Of a DNA stretch of 64,000 nucleotides, positions 47,501-54,562 are shown in pieces. How positions within the stretch are numbered: the first letter of the stretch is position 1; each line of letters begins with the position of its first letter. The notes under the pieces were generated by a model that had not been told where the DNA came from, made no database searches, and worked only from the letters and a program-made list of their open reading frames with translations. The stretch spans positions 7,337 through 71,336 of the forward strand of contig JAFULC010000009.1 in the NCBI GenBank assembly GCA_017483305.1, written 5' to 3'. Made by a program: the position numbers and the translations under genes. The DNA is from Clostridia bacterium (GTDB lineage Bacteria > Bacillota > Clostridia > Oscillospirales > CAG-272).

Positions 47501-48301
47501 GTCAAGCAGGAATACCTGCGAGAAGGGTGCAGCCTCAGGAGTCCAGAAGCGCTTGTCGGAAGCATCAAAGAGTACGCCTACGTTAGGCTCATCGGGGCTA
47601 CCGATACGGAAGCGGATGGGAGCCTTCTTCTTAGCCGCGAGACCTGCGTTGTAGTTGCGGGAAACGAGGTTGATAGCGTTAAGCTCACGAAGGATTGCAT
47701 ACGCGTTGGAATAAACCTTGATACGGTTTTCGGGAGTCTGGGAGTCTGCATAGATGTCAGGAAGAGCGATCATAGCGTTAACTATGGGGTCCTTACCGAG
47801 AGCCTTGCGGATGTAGCGCTTAGCATAGAGCGCGATCGGGATAAACGAGCCCGAGCCTGTACCGCCCGCAACGGATGCGATAACGTAAACCTCGCAGGAA
47901 GCACCGGGATCCTGAACCATATCCTCAAGCGCGCTGATGAATACGGAACGCTCAGCGGACTTGTTCATCAGGTTGAGGAATGCGAGATAGGACTTCTTAC
48001 GCCACTGGGATGCACCGCGGACCATCTCCTGAGAACGAACTGCCTGTACGTCGCAGGGGAACCACTCTCTGAGATGCTCTTTGCCAAGTCGGTCACAAAT
48101 GGTACCAACGCTTGCGGTATCGGACATCGCAACCGTCTTTGCAGCGGTGATTCTCTTCAAATCGCCGGCATCGGTATCGAATACAAGTGCCGTAACCTTG
48201 TTGTCGGTCTGATTTCCAAGCTCGTGATACTTTTTAAAGAAAGTATCAACCGCGTTACTACCGGTTCCGCCAACACCGATCAAAAGAATGTTCTTTTTCA
48301 T
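44510..48301 (-). CDS. Tubulin/FtsZ-superfamily protein, 1263 aa (FtsZ-type T1 loop)
   Basis: AAGGAGA SD. N-terminus ILLIGVGGTGSNAVD (compare FtsZ GVGGGGxNAV). Exact tubulin signature AGGTGSG at aa 145-151 (nt ~47849-47869). The antisense 1272-aa ORF is a shadow. Confidence 0.85.
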   Translation of the reverse strand: MKKNILLIGVGGTGSNAVDTFFKKYHELGNQTDNKVTALVFDTDAGDLKRITAAKTVAMSDTASVGTICDRLGKEHLREWFPCDVQAVRSQEMVRGASQWRKKSYLAFLNLMNKSAERSVFISALEDMVQDPGASCEVYVIASVAGGTGSGSFIPIALYAKRYIRKALGKDPIVNAMIALPDIYADSQTPENRIKVYSNAYAILRELNAINLVSRNYNAGLAAKKKAPIRFRIGSPDEPNVGVLFDASDKRFWTPEAAPFSQVFLLDRIPGLNSVAAHDMVLANSLYTIICTEIGAAFDSEFSNHELVRSQNNGSNAIYAGISTSQIRFPKDSVLEYLACKKTYDSCNGEWLIIHQAVENAIAEKGREAKAMKRTFIMENDAYARMLIEKVEEKQDENCDEVISLVERGVDQYNEKGERRSETIGELFLETIEGYISSKVPVAASIDAELEGIFPRDLSGGTFDKSNVISAAVDSRPILDKFYRRCFDTVKSIPTSTADAIITLEKKKIGVIGDKYSVVKNLLETKNGKMVHPVAAMIRLCQFRIALSEKLSVEPNDWPELKLRKAPALPEGFLTLDDKGGRTKSAYLGLGKTRFAEISDADVEPEEYNSKRTNATADMEALHNDVQQIANNVANEAYELVSFQVYSRIAADVDLLIAKYRNFFNRFEKEKEMLEDLTKDALRKDEDAIDSIINVYCSQKNKESIRLTLEEGNGPVTSEAVADTDDIVGRGVFASVFASAVAERSEDTGFNDKDSSAYRSLFSSMIAAYRTSIAKSELFGNIASYNVVEAIVTSCGDGASSKEIDDALRVSFSVAQDLAIPSLRLDVASVEDDLVVPSHIMVFMMSKNTARYIKRNAEKFGLSIPNDQNSEGAMLKACAEAFIRDFSGNSSARVAIVDSIPDQVLYCTGEVMDITPLRIAKFNELGEDCVYFKNYTEALARYKRYETDMWNPHLGNNLNKRGCLPYMNAKMEQACDEKMVKALIYGFQSGTIRYTDGMGEARGRYYFSCNGTKITDPEGKWINNKNIAQLLAWMRNEDELVEKWSARFDADVLRQKNALPSLASDNEGEVRNLEATLTNSPIIRILTESLYADSSRKTEQRPTADGEWNDRVGPTALEFAYMIKTSEELGRDCDDAERILRVLYKTFKEMISHRTSPETTPERFIQVYKQQLSKVYESFAGAEIVCRAGNECAAHFTQLVNWLQAADVFYTISDDMPMDETGKVLINSVFDYNRPSSKVKSVLNAIKNRSKKIASAPAEDAKA

Positions 48302-48381
48302 AATTTTTCTCCTTAAAAATTATATCAAAAATTTTAATTTCATTAATTTATATAGACCTTGAATGTATTTTCACATTCCGA

Positions 48382-51300
48382 TCAACGAAAACGTCTCTTG
48401 CGACGTACAAATGTTATCGCATATTGCAATACTACGCGATCGTCGAGATTCTTTGCAAATCCGCCGTACCAATCGCCTATGCAATTACAGTTGGAATCCT
48501 TGTTGATTACGTTGTTCTTCTTCATAAAGACCTTCTTTATTTCGGGAAGCTTGGTCGTGCTCTTGGTGAGTCGGATTCCCTTTGAAACGTCATTTATGAT
48601 AGAATCAATGCTCTTCTTCTGAGCAGCGTTGAGATTGAGTGCCCAGCAAGCGTTGACCTTAGTAACTCTGAGACCGAAATCAATGTTGCCGTTCTGAGAC
48701 TTGCAATGCTGGATCTTGTGAGCCGAGAAGGATCTCGCCTCATTTCCCCTCTTTCTCTTGAGAGGCTGAACGCTCCAGATCTTCCAGATAAGAAGTCTGG
48801 TCAAATGCCAGCCGATAACTCTGAGCCAGGAGTTGTTGATCTCAACCGTATTCACACGGCAGGAGCCCATTCCGTCATCCTTAATAATAACGAACGTACC
48901 GTTGGGCAGAAGCGCCGTTTTTCTGAAGCCGATAATATAAATAATAATGTAGATAATGAATCCGATTATCAGAAGTATTACGAGAATACGGATCAGATAC
49001 TCAAACAGCGAGCTGTTTGTGATCACGAAATCCGCAGTGGTGTCCACATCCGAATAGGATACCGTAACTCCCTTCTCGCTTCCAAAGAGAAGCATCGATG
49101 TGAACCACGCGGGCAGATCCTTCATATCCTTGACTGCTCGTATCGCGATTACCGCCTCTCCGTTGAGCTCCTCAACCGAGATCTCAACTCCTACGGGGAT
49201 CAGTCCAAAGGTGAATGCTCCGGGGAGGTTTATTCCGATCATTCCCTTGTCGTAGGAGTCCTGCAGCTCTTCAAGGGTAAACACCCTTCCGTCTCTGAGG
49301 ACCTTGAAGTAGAGCGCCGCCTGCGTTTTGCCAATATTGAATCGGTCAATACTGCGGCTTCCGTAAGTGACTGCCTCAACCGTGTAAGCGGTCTTAATTA
49401 TAGTCAGCTTTGCGGTAGTTGAGGTGTTGAGCGAGGTCATCTCGGGATATTCAACCGTAAGCACCACGTCGTGATCGCCTACCGAATTGATTATACTGAG
49501 CAGACTGTCCTCGGTCGGTATGTATGTAAGAGCCCCCTCGTTCACCGTCGTATACTCGGTGACGTCAACTCCTCCAACGGTCAGCTTATATGTAACCAAA
49601 CCGCTATCAAACGGGAAAGGCTTTCCCTCTGCCGAAAGATCGAAGATGAATGGCTCGGTGTTGTGCTTCAGATCGTACTGCGTGATCGACAGGTGATCCG
49701 ATCCGCTCACGCCGACCGTCATAGATGCAGGAGCAACCGTGACAGTATATTCAGCGCTACGCGTCGTTCTGTACTCTGACGTGATCGAGAAGCTTATGTT
49801 GTATTTACCGAAAGCTCCGCTGTTCTCGCTGATCGAGGCAACGATCTTACCGTCGCTTTGGACCGTAACGGGAATATTTATCTCACGTCCGTCGGGCGTG
49901 AACATCGTTGCGGAGTAGGTGTAGGTAGCAAGATCGGCAACGGTTGCGGGGTGGTTATCAATAAATACCGTGTAGGTCACGTCTCCGGAGAAGCCCGACG
50001 AGGTAACCGTCTCGTTATGGTCACACTCAACTCGGTAGTAGCTCGGATTCTGCTCAACCGTGCAAAATTCACTTGATACCAGGCTGTAAGCGCCGTCCAT
50101 AACACTGACAGCGATCCTTATTTCGTGCGTACCGGCAACCAAGGGGATCTTGTCTCCGATTTTATATACGTTACCGCCGTACGTAACACTCTCCTCTGCT
50201 TTTCCGAATATCGAGGTAAGATCAATGGGGTCGCCGCTTGCTTGCTCATACACCTCGTATCCCACACGGATCTGATCGCCGGGAGTGAGATTTTCATTGA
50301 TATACTGTATATCAACTCTTATCCAATCAGAGCCATCCTGGTACTCCATATAAGGAACTATTCTCAAAGCAGGCTCTGCAAAAATTGAAAGCATATTCGC
50401 ATCAACATTTCCTGAATACGTCAGTTCAATAGTGCCCTCGTAGAAATAGTCGTTTCCGTCAAGCAACGCCGAGTGCGCACTCTTAAGTCCATCAATGCCT
50501 TTGGGCTCAATTACGCATCCGTTCGTTATAGTAACGGACTGGTCCTGATAGATTGCCGACGTCATCGTCGCTCCGCAGTTCTGAGCTATGACCGAAACAG
50601 ACGACAGCGCAAATCCGAGGTTATCAAGATTTATCGTAACCCTGTTTCCGTTTACCGTATAATCGGCATCCTTCTTCAGTGTGTAGCGTCCTGACATCTT
50701 GTTGGAAATCTCCTGCATTACACTGACAAGAGTATCCTGATCGGCGTTATATGCGTCAAAGTGTAAGCCGCTATTATCAAGATCACTGCCCTTAAGATTT
50801 ACCGTAGGATTGTCAAGTGAAAGAAATATGGTATTGAGCGAGGGGTAGTCACTCACCGCAGCGCTGATAGAGGGCTCTGCTCCTCCATCGATATCACCGT
50901 CGGTCATTACGATCAGCCAATATTCCTTGTTATCCTCGGCCTCGTACAGATGATCTGCATCCTTAAGTCCGCGGTTGATCAATTCACTGACCGCCAGACC
51001 TATCGGCTCAGACGGAGTTCCTCCGTTTTCGGTAAAAATACCCGAAGTGTTAACGACTCTGTTGATCTCTGCCTCACGGTCGGGGGCGGCAAGGTTGACC
51101 TCAACTCCGTACCCCGGCACCGTAATTACGTTACCGTTCAGGTCGTTCATAGGTGTTATCACCAAAGTATCTCTCTCGTCGAACATCGCCATCAGCATTC
51201 TCATTGAGTAGGTGGCAAGCTCTCCTCGATTTCCGTAGGACATCGATCCCGAGTTGTCATACACAACAGAAACGATCTTCTGCGTGTACCTGACCTCGCT

Positions 51301-51399
51301 CGAATCAGTGTCCACAGCAAACGAGGTAAACACCGTCATGGTGGATAACAAGATGACGAACGCGCATAACAACGCCGTCATCCTCACGGTTCGTTTCAT
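48382..51399 (-). CDS. Surface vWA/MIDAS protein with Ig-like repeats, single C-terminal TM anchor and ~180-aa cytoplasmic tail
   Basis: Strong SD (AAGGAGG). Signal peptide MKRTVRMTALLCAFVILLSTMTVFTSFA. MIDAS motif VVYDNSGSMS (nt ~51241-51267) ... NGGTPS ... VMTDGD. TM helix LIRILVILLIIGFIIYIIIYIIG (nt ~48928-48999). Confidence 0.8.
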   Translation of the reverse strand: MKRTVRMTALLCAFVILLSTMTVFTSFAVDTDSSEVRYTQKIVSVVYDNSGSMSYGNRGELATYSMRMLMAMFDERDTLVITPMNDLNGNVITVPGYGVEVNLAAPDREAEINRVVNTSGIFTENGGTPSEPIGLAVSELINRGLKDADHLYEAEDNKEYWLIVMTDGDIDGGAEPSISAAVSDYPSLNTIFLSLDNPTVNLKGSDLDNSGLHFDAYNADQDTLVSVMQEISNKMSGRYTLKKDADYTVNGNRVTINLDNLGFALSSVSVIAQNCGATMTSAIYQDQSVTITNGCVIEPKGIDGLKSAHSALLDGNDYFYEGTIELTYSGNVDANMLSIFAEPALRIVPYMEYQDGSDWIRVDIQYINENLTPGDQIRVGYEVYEQASGDPIDLTSIFGKAEESVTYGGNVYKIGDKIPLVAGTHEIRIAVSVMDGAYSLVSSEFCTVEQNPSYYRVECDHNETVTSSGFSGDVTYTVFIDNHPATVADLATYTYSATMFTPDGREINIPVTVQSDGKIVASISENSGAFGKYNISFSITSEYRTTRSAEYTVTVAPASMTVGVSGSDHLSITQYDLKHNTEPFIFDLSAEGKPFPFDSGLVTYKLTVGGVDVTEYTTVNEGALTYIPTEDSLLSIINSVGDHDVVLTVEYPEMTSLNTSTTAKLTIIKTAYTVEAVTYGSRSIDRFNIGKTQAALYFKVLRDGRVFTLEELQDSYDKGMIGINLPGAFTFGLIPVGVEISVEELNGEAVIAIRAVKDMKDLPAWFTSMLLFGSEKGVTVSYSDVDTTADFVITNSSLFEYLIRILVILLIIGFIIYIIIYIIGFRKTALLPNGTFVIIKDDGMGSCRVNTVEINNSWLRVIGWHLTRLLIWKIWSVQPLKRKRGNEARSFSAHKIQHCKSQNGNIDFGLRVTKVNACWALNLNAAQKKSIDSIINDVSKGIRLTKSTTKLPEIKKVFMKKNNVINKDSNCNCIGDWYGGFAKNLDDRVVLQYAITFVRRKRRFR

Positions 51400-51453
51400 C
51401 GTAACCTCCTTAAAAAAGTGAATAATTCGACATTATAGATTATAATTATATAA

Positions 51454-51482
51454 ATTATATACCCTTTTTTTTCACAAGTCAA
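51454..51482 (-). promoter_or_regulatory. Consensus SigA-type promoter of the vWA/tubulin-like operon
   Basis: Minus strand: TTGACT (51482-51477) - 17 nt - TATAAT (51459-51454), about 55 nt upstream of ATG 51399. Confidence 0.6.
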
Positions 51483-51624
51483 CATAAAATTCACATATTC
51501 TTCAATTTTGTGTAATATGCCAAAGTTATTCGTCATATTTTACCTAAAAACGCCCTCAAAAGCCGGGTTTGTCCCTCAGATAAATAATATGATCGATATA
51601 TCTCCCATATTTCTCAAGTCAAAA

Positions 51625-51664
51625 ATAATAAAAAAACTCGGCACTGCAAAGGCGCAGCACCGAG
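51625..51664 (-). terminator. Intrinsic terminator after the SDR gene (insulates the operon promoter)
   Basis: Minus strand: CTCGGTGCTGC-gcctttg-GCAGTGCCGAG (two G-U pairs) followed by TTTTTTTATTATTTTT. Confidence 0.55.
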
Positions 51665-51673
51665 CCACAATAT

Positions 51674-52327
51674 TTAGTTCTTCCAAACGAAATTATAGTT
51701 GATCGACTCGCCGCCGTCGACAAGTATGCTCTGCCCCGTGCAAAAGCCGTTAACTACCGTCAGGAAATACGCCCACTCGGCGATCTCCTCGGGTGTCGCC
51801 CATCTTTTCAGCGGAGTTTCATCCATTATCTCTGCCCAAAGCTCGGGATCACTCATAACGCACTCGTTAAGAGGCGTAAGCACACCGCCCGGGTCAAGAC
51901 TGTTGCAGGTCGCTCCGAATTTTGCGACCCTCATAGCCACGTTTTTGGTGTAAGCAAGAACGCCTCCCTTGCTCGCGCAGTATTCGGGAAATTCCGCGCC
52001 CGTGTGCGCGCTCGCCGAACCAATGTTGAGAATTGACCTTATCCCCTCTCTCACGCCGTATTTTTCGGTAATATGGATCAACGCCTTGAGATTTATGTCA
52101 ATATCCGCCTCGTTTTGCGTACCCGCATTGTTTATAAGTATCTCAACGCCGTCCACGTCGGGTAATTTTTCATAATCTCGAACGTCACAAACGTAATGAA
52201 CGTATCCCTCGTGAGTAATTGTCGCAGGCTGTCTGTCTATGCCGACCACGACGTGTCCTTTATTCAAAAAGGCCTCTGCTATCGCCTTTCCGATTCCCTG
52301 CGAGGTGCCTGTAATCAAAACCTTCAT
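51674..52327 (-). CDS. SDR-family oxidoreductase
   Basis: ATG 52327 gives MKVLITGTSQGIGKAIA, with NNAG and YCASKGG. This start removes the overlap with the upstream gene. Confidence 0.85.
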   Translation of the reverse strand: MKVLITGTSQGIGKAIAEAFLNKGHVVVGIDRQPATITHEGYVHYVCDVRDYEKLPDVDGVEILINNAGTQNEADIDINLKALIHITEKYGVREGIRSILNIGSASAHTGAEFPEYCASKGGVLAYTKNVAMRVAKFGATCNSLDPGGVLTPLNECVMSDPELWAEIMDETPLKRWATPEEIAEWAYFLTVVNGFCTGQSILVDGGESINYNFVWKN

Positions 52328-52328
52328 T

Positions 52329-53075
52329 TCAGCTTTTTCTCCCTTCAACATACTCAAGATATTCGTGTCCGACACGGTTCGTCTTCCACTTTTTGACCAA
52401 GCGATATCCAATGGGCGAGAAGGCTATCTCCATTATCAGCTCTGCTACAGCGCCCGTCAATGCGCACATCGCGCACTGTAGAACCGTCCAGTGAAAGCCG
52501 TCCCAGAAGATCGGGGCGAAACCAACGAAAACGATGATTGAAAAAATAAAATTATCCAAAAACTGACCGATAAAGGTCGATATGTAAGACTGCATAGCAT
52601 ATGCAAGCTTGCCGTCAGGATTTTTTCTGAACGCCCTGCCGATCGCAAAATTCAGCATATTGTTGATTATCGCGGAGGACAAAAACGCGATCGTACTTCC
52701 AAGCAGAATGAACCACGTGCCGCCGAAAATAGAGTTGAACGCGCTGTAATCGTCGGCGGTCGACGGAATGATGCTCGCCACAAAAAATATAAGACAAGTC
52801 AACAGATTTATCATCGCCGCGAGTATCGAGATCTTGTTTGACGCCTTAGGACCAAAATGCTTGGTGATTATGTCCATACACATAAACGACAGCCACGAGA
52901 TCAGAATACCGCCGTCAAGCGCGATCCAATCGAGCTGTAAAAGAGTTTTGTTCGCAAGCAGATTCATGCAAACAACGCTCACAACGAACAGAGTCACGAC
53001 AGTCGCGGGAATGCACCGCAGCAAAATCGCCGTCTCCTCTTTTTCCTTCCGTAACCAGTTTTTTATCTTAATCAT
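52329..53075 (-). CDS. VUT/YhhQ-family membrane protein (queuosine-precursor transporter family)
   Basis: Polytopic protein. FMCMDIITKHFG and STFIGQFLDNFIFSIIVF match the YhhQ pattern. ATG 53075 with a GGAGA SD lies downstream of the predicted promoter. Confidence 0.7.
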   Translation of the reverse strand: MIKIKNWLRKEKEETAILLRCIPATVVTLFVVSVVCMNLLANKTLLQLDWIALDGGILISWLSFMCMDIITKHFGPKASNKISILAAMINLLTCLIFFVASIIPSTADDYSAFNSIFGGTWFILLGSTIAFLSSAIINNMLNFAIGRAFRKNPDGKLAYAMQSYISTFIGQFLDNFIFSIIVFVGFAPIFWDGFHWTVLQCAMCALTGAVAELIMEIAFSPIGYRLVKKWKTNRVGHEYLEYVEGRKS

Positions 53076-53121
53076 TAAAATTCTCCGTAAAAAGTCTCTT
53101 GCTTTTTCATTCACACTAACA

Positions 53122-53150
53122 AGTATACCATAGCTTTCACTTTTTTTCAA
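53122..53150 (-). promoter_or_regulatory. Candidate promoter of the YhhQ-like/SDR unit
   Basis: Minus strand: TTGAAA - 17 nt - TATACT, with a TGg extended -10. Confidence 0.45.
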
Positions 53151-53210
53151 CCCAAATTTATTCAAACACCGCATTTTTCAAACAAAATTTGATTTTTTAG
53201 TCTTTTTCTC

Positions 53211-53239
53211 TTGCCCGCCGAACGCTTGTGTGGTATAAT
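53211..53239 (+). promoter_or_regulatory. Candidate promoter of pepT
   Basis: TTGCCC - 17 nt - TATAAT, with a TGg extended -10. Confidence 0.45.
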
Positions 53240-53272
53240 TAACTTTATAAACACTCTATACGGAGGCATAAT

Positions 53273-54487
53273 ATGACGATCAGTGAAAGATTTTTAAAAT
53301 ACGTATCCTTCCCGACCATGTCGGATGAAAATTCCGAAACCGTGCCCAGCACGGATAAGCAGCTTGTACTCAGCCGTTATCTTGCCGAGGAATTGAAAGC
53401 CCTCGGGCTTACAGACGTCGAGCTCGACGATAAGGGCTACCTCTACGCCACTCTCCCCGCAAATGCCGAAAGTAGCGTTACCGTCGGTCTTATAGCGCAC
53501 GTCGACACCTCGGATGCCGTCAGCGACGGACCTATCAACACGAAAATTGTAAAATACGAGGGCGAGAGTATCTGCCTCAACGAAGAAAAGAATATCTGGC
53601 TTTCTCCCGAGGAATACCCCTCTCTTAACAGATACGTCGGTAATAATCTTATAGTCACCGACGGAACTACCCTGCTCGGCGCAGACGATAAGGCAGGCGT
53701 ATGTGCAATAGTATCCGCCGTTGAGAAGGTCATAAAGAGCAACCTCCCTCACGGATGTATAAAGATCTGCTTTACTCCCGACGAGGAGATCGGCAGAGGC
53801 GCAGACCACTTCGACGTTAAGAAATTCGACGCGGATTATGCCTACACCGTCGACGGTGGCGGACTTGGTGAGCTTGAATACGAAAACTTCAACGCCGCAT
53901 CGGCAAAGGTCGAGCTCAGAGGTGTCTCTATACACCCGGGCAGCGCAAAGGACAAGATGAAAAACGCACAGCTTATGGCAATGGAGTTCAATTCTCTGCT
54001 CCCCGCAGATCAGACTCCCGCCGCGACCGAGGGCTACGAGGGATTTTTCCACCTCATCGAATCCCACGGCGACTGCGAATACGCCGAGCTGATCTATATC
54101 ATCCGCGACCACGACAGAGCGAAATTTGAAGAAAAGAAAGCACTCCTTTCTGAAATCTCCAAAAAGATAGAAGAAAAATACGGCGCAGGCTCCTGCACCG
54201 TTGCGATCAAGGACTCCTATTACAACATGAAGGAGATCATCGACCAAAATATGTACACCGTCGAGCGTGCAATTGCCGCAATGAAGGCGGTCGGAGTCGA
54301 GCCCGAGATCGTGCCGATAAGAGGAGGCACAGACGGAGCGCGCCTCTCCTTTATGGGCTTGCCCTGCCCCAATATCTGCACGGGTGGCGAGAATTTCCAC
54401 TCAAGATTCGAGTATATCCCGATAGAATCTCTTGAGAAGGTCGTAGATATCGTCGAAAGACTTATTCTCGACACCGCCTCGTTCTGA
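53273..54487 (+). CDS. pepT: Peptidase T (tripeptide aminopeptidase, M20B)
   Basis: ERFLKYVSFPTMSDE...GLIAHVDTS...TTLLGADDKAG...FTPDEEIG...IRGGTDGA are canonical PepT blocks. 404 aa. Confidence 0.9.
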   Translation: MTISERFLKYVSFPTMSDENSETVPSTDKQLVLSRYLAEELKALGLTDVELDDKGYLYATLPANAESSVTVGLIAHVDTSDAVSDGPINTKIVKYEGESICLNEEKNIWLSPEEYPSLNRYVGNNLIVTDGTTLLGADDKAGVCAIVSAVEKVIKSNLPHGCIKICFTPDEEIGRGADHFDVKKFDADYAYTVDGGGLGELEYENFNAASAKVELRGVSIHPGSAKDKMKNAQLMAMEFNSLLPADQTPAATEGYEGFFHLIESHGDCEYAELIYIIRDHDRAKFEEKKALLSEISKKIEEKYGAGSCTVAIKDSYYNMKEIIDQNMYTVERAIAAMKAVGVEPEIVPIRGGTDGARLSFMGLPCPNICTGGENFHSRFEYIPIESLEKVVDIVERLILDTASF

Positions 54488-54562
54488 CCGCTATGGCTAC
54501 TTGACAAAAAGCCACCCAAGGATGTATAATAAAATCAATAATAACAGAAAAGAGGTCAAAAA

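Noticed and set aside
44498-48316. A 1272-aa ORF on the plus strand covering the whole tubulin-like gene.
   Set aside because: Same antisense-shadow explanation. The minus-strand frame has an AAGGAGA SD, the GVGGTGSNAV and AGGTGSG motifs, and paralogy to the neighbouring gene.
48302-48381. Internal promoter (TGATATAAT extended -10) in front of the first tubulin-like gene.
   Set aside because: The -10-like box ends only ~4 nt before the SD, so a transcript started there would barely contain the ribosome-binding site, and the -35 region is poor. It is noted as a possibility inside the spacer finding and not called as a feature.
53076-53121. A preQ1 riboswitch upstream of the YhhQ-like (queuosine-precursor transporter family) gene.
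   Set aside because: The predicted leader is only ~45 nt and lacks the conserved preQ1-I core (…AGAGGUUC…ACCCUCU…AAAAAACUA…) or any preQ1-II/III-like pseudoknot that I could recognise.
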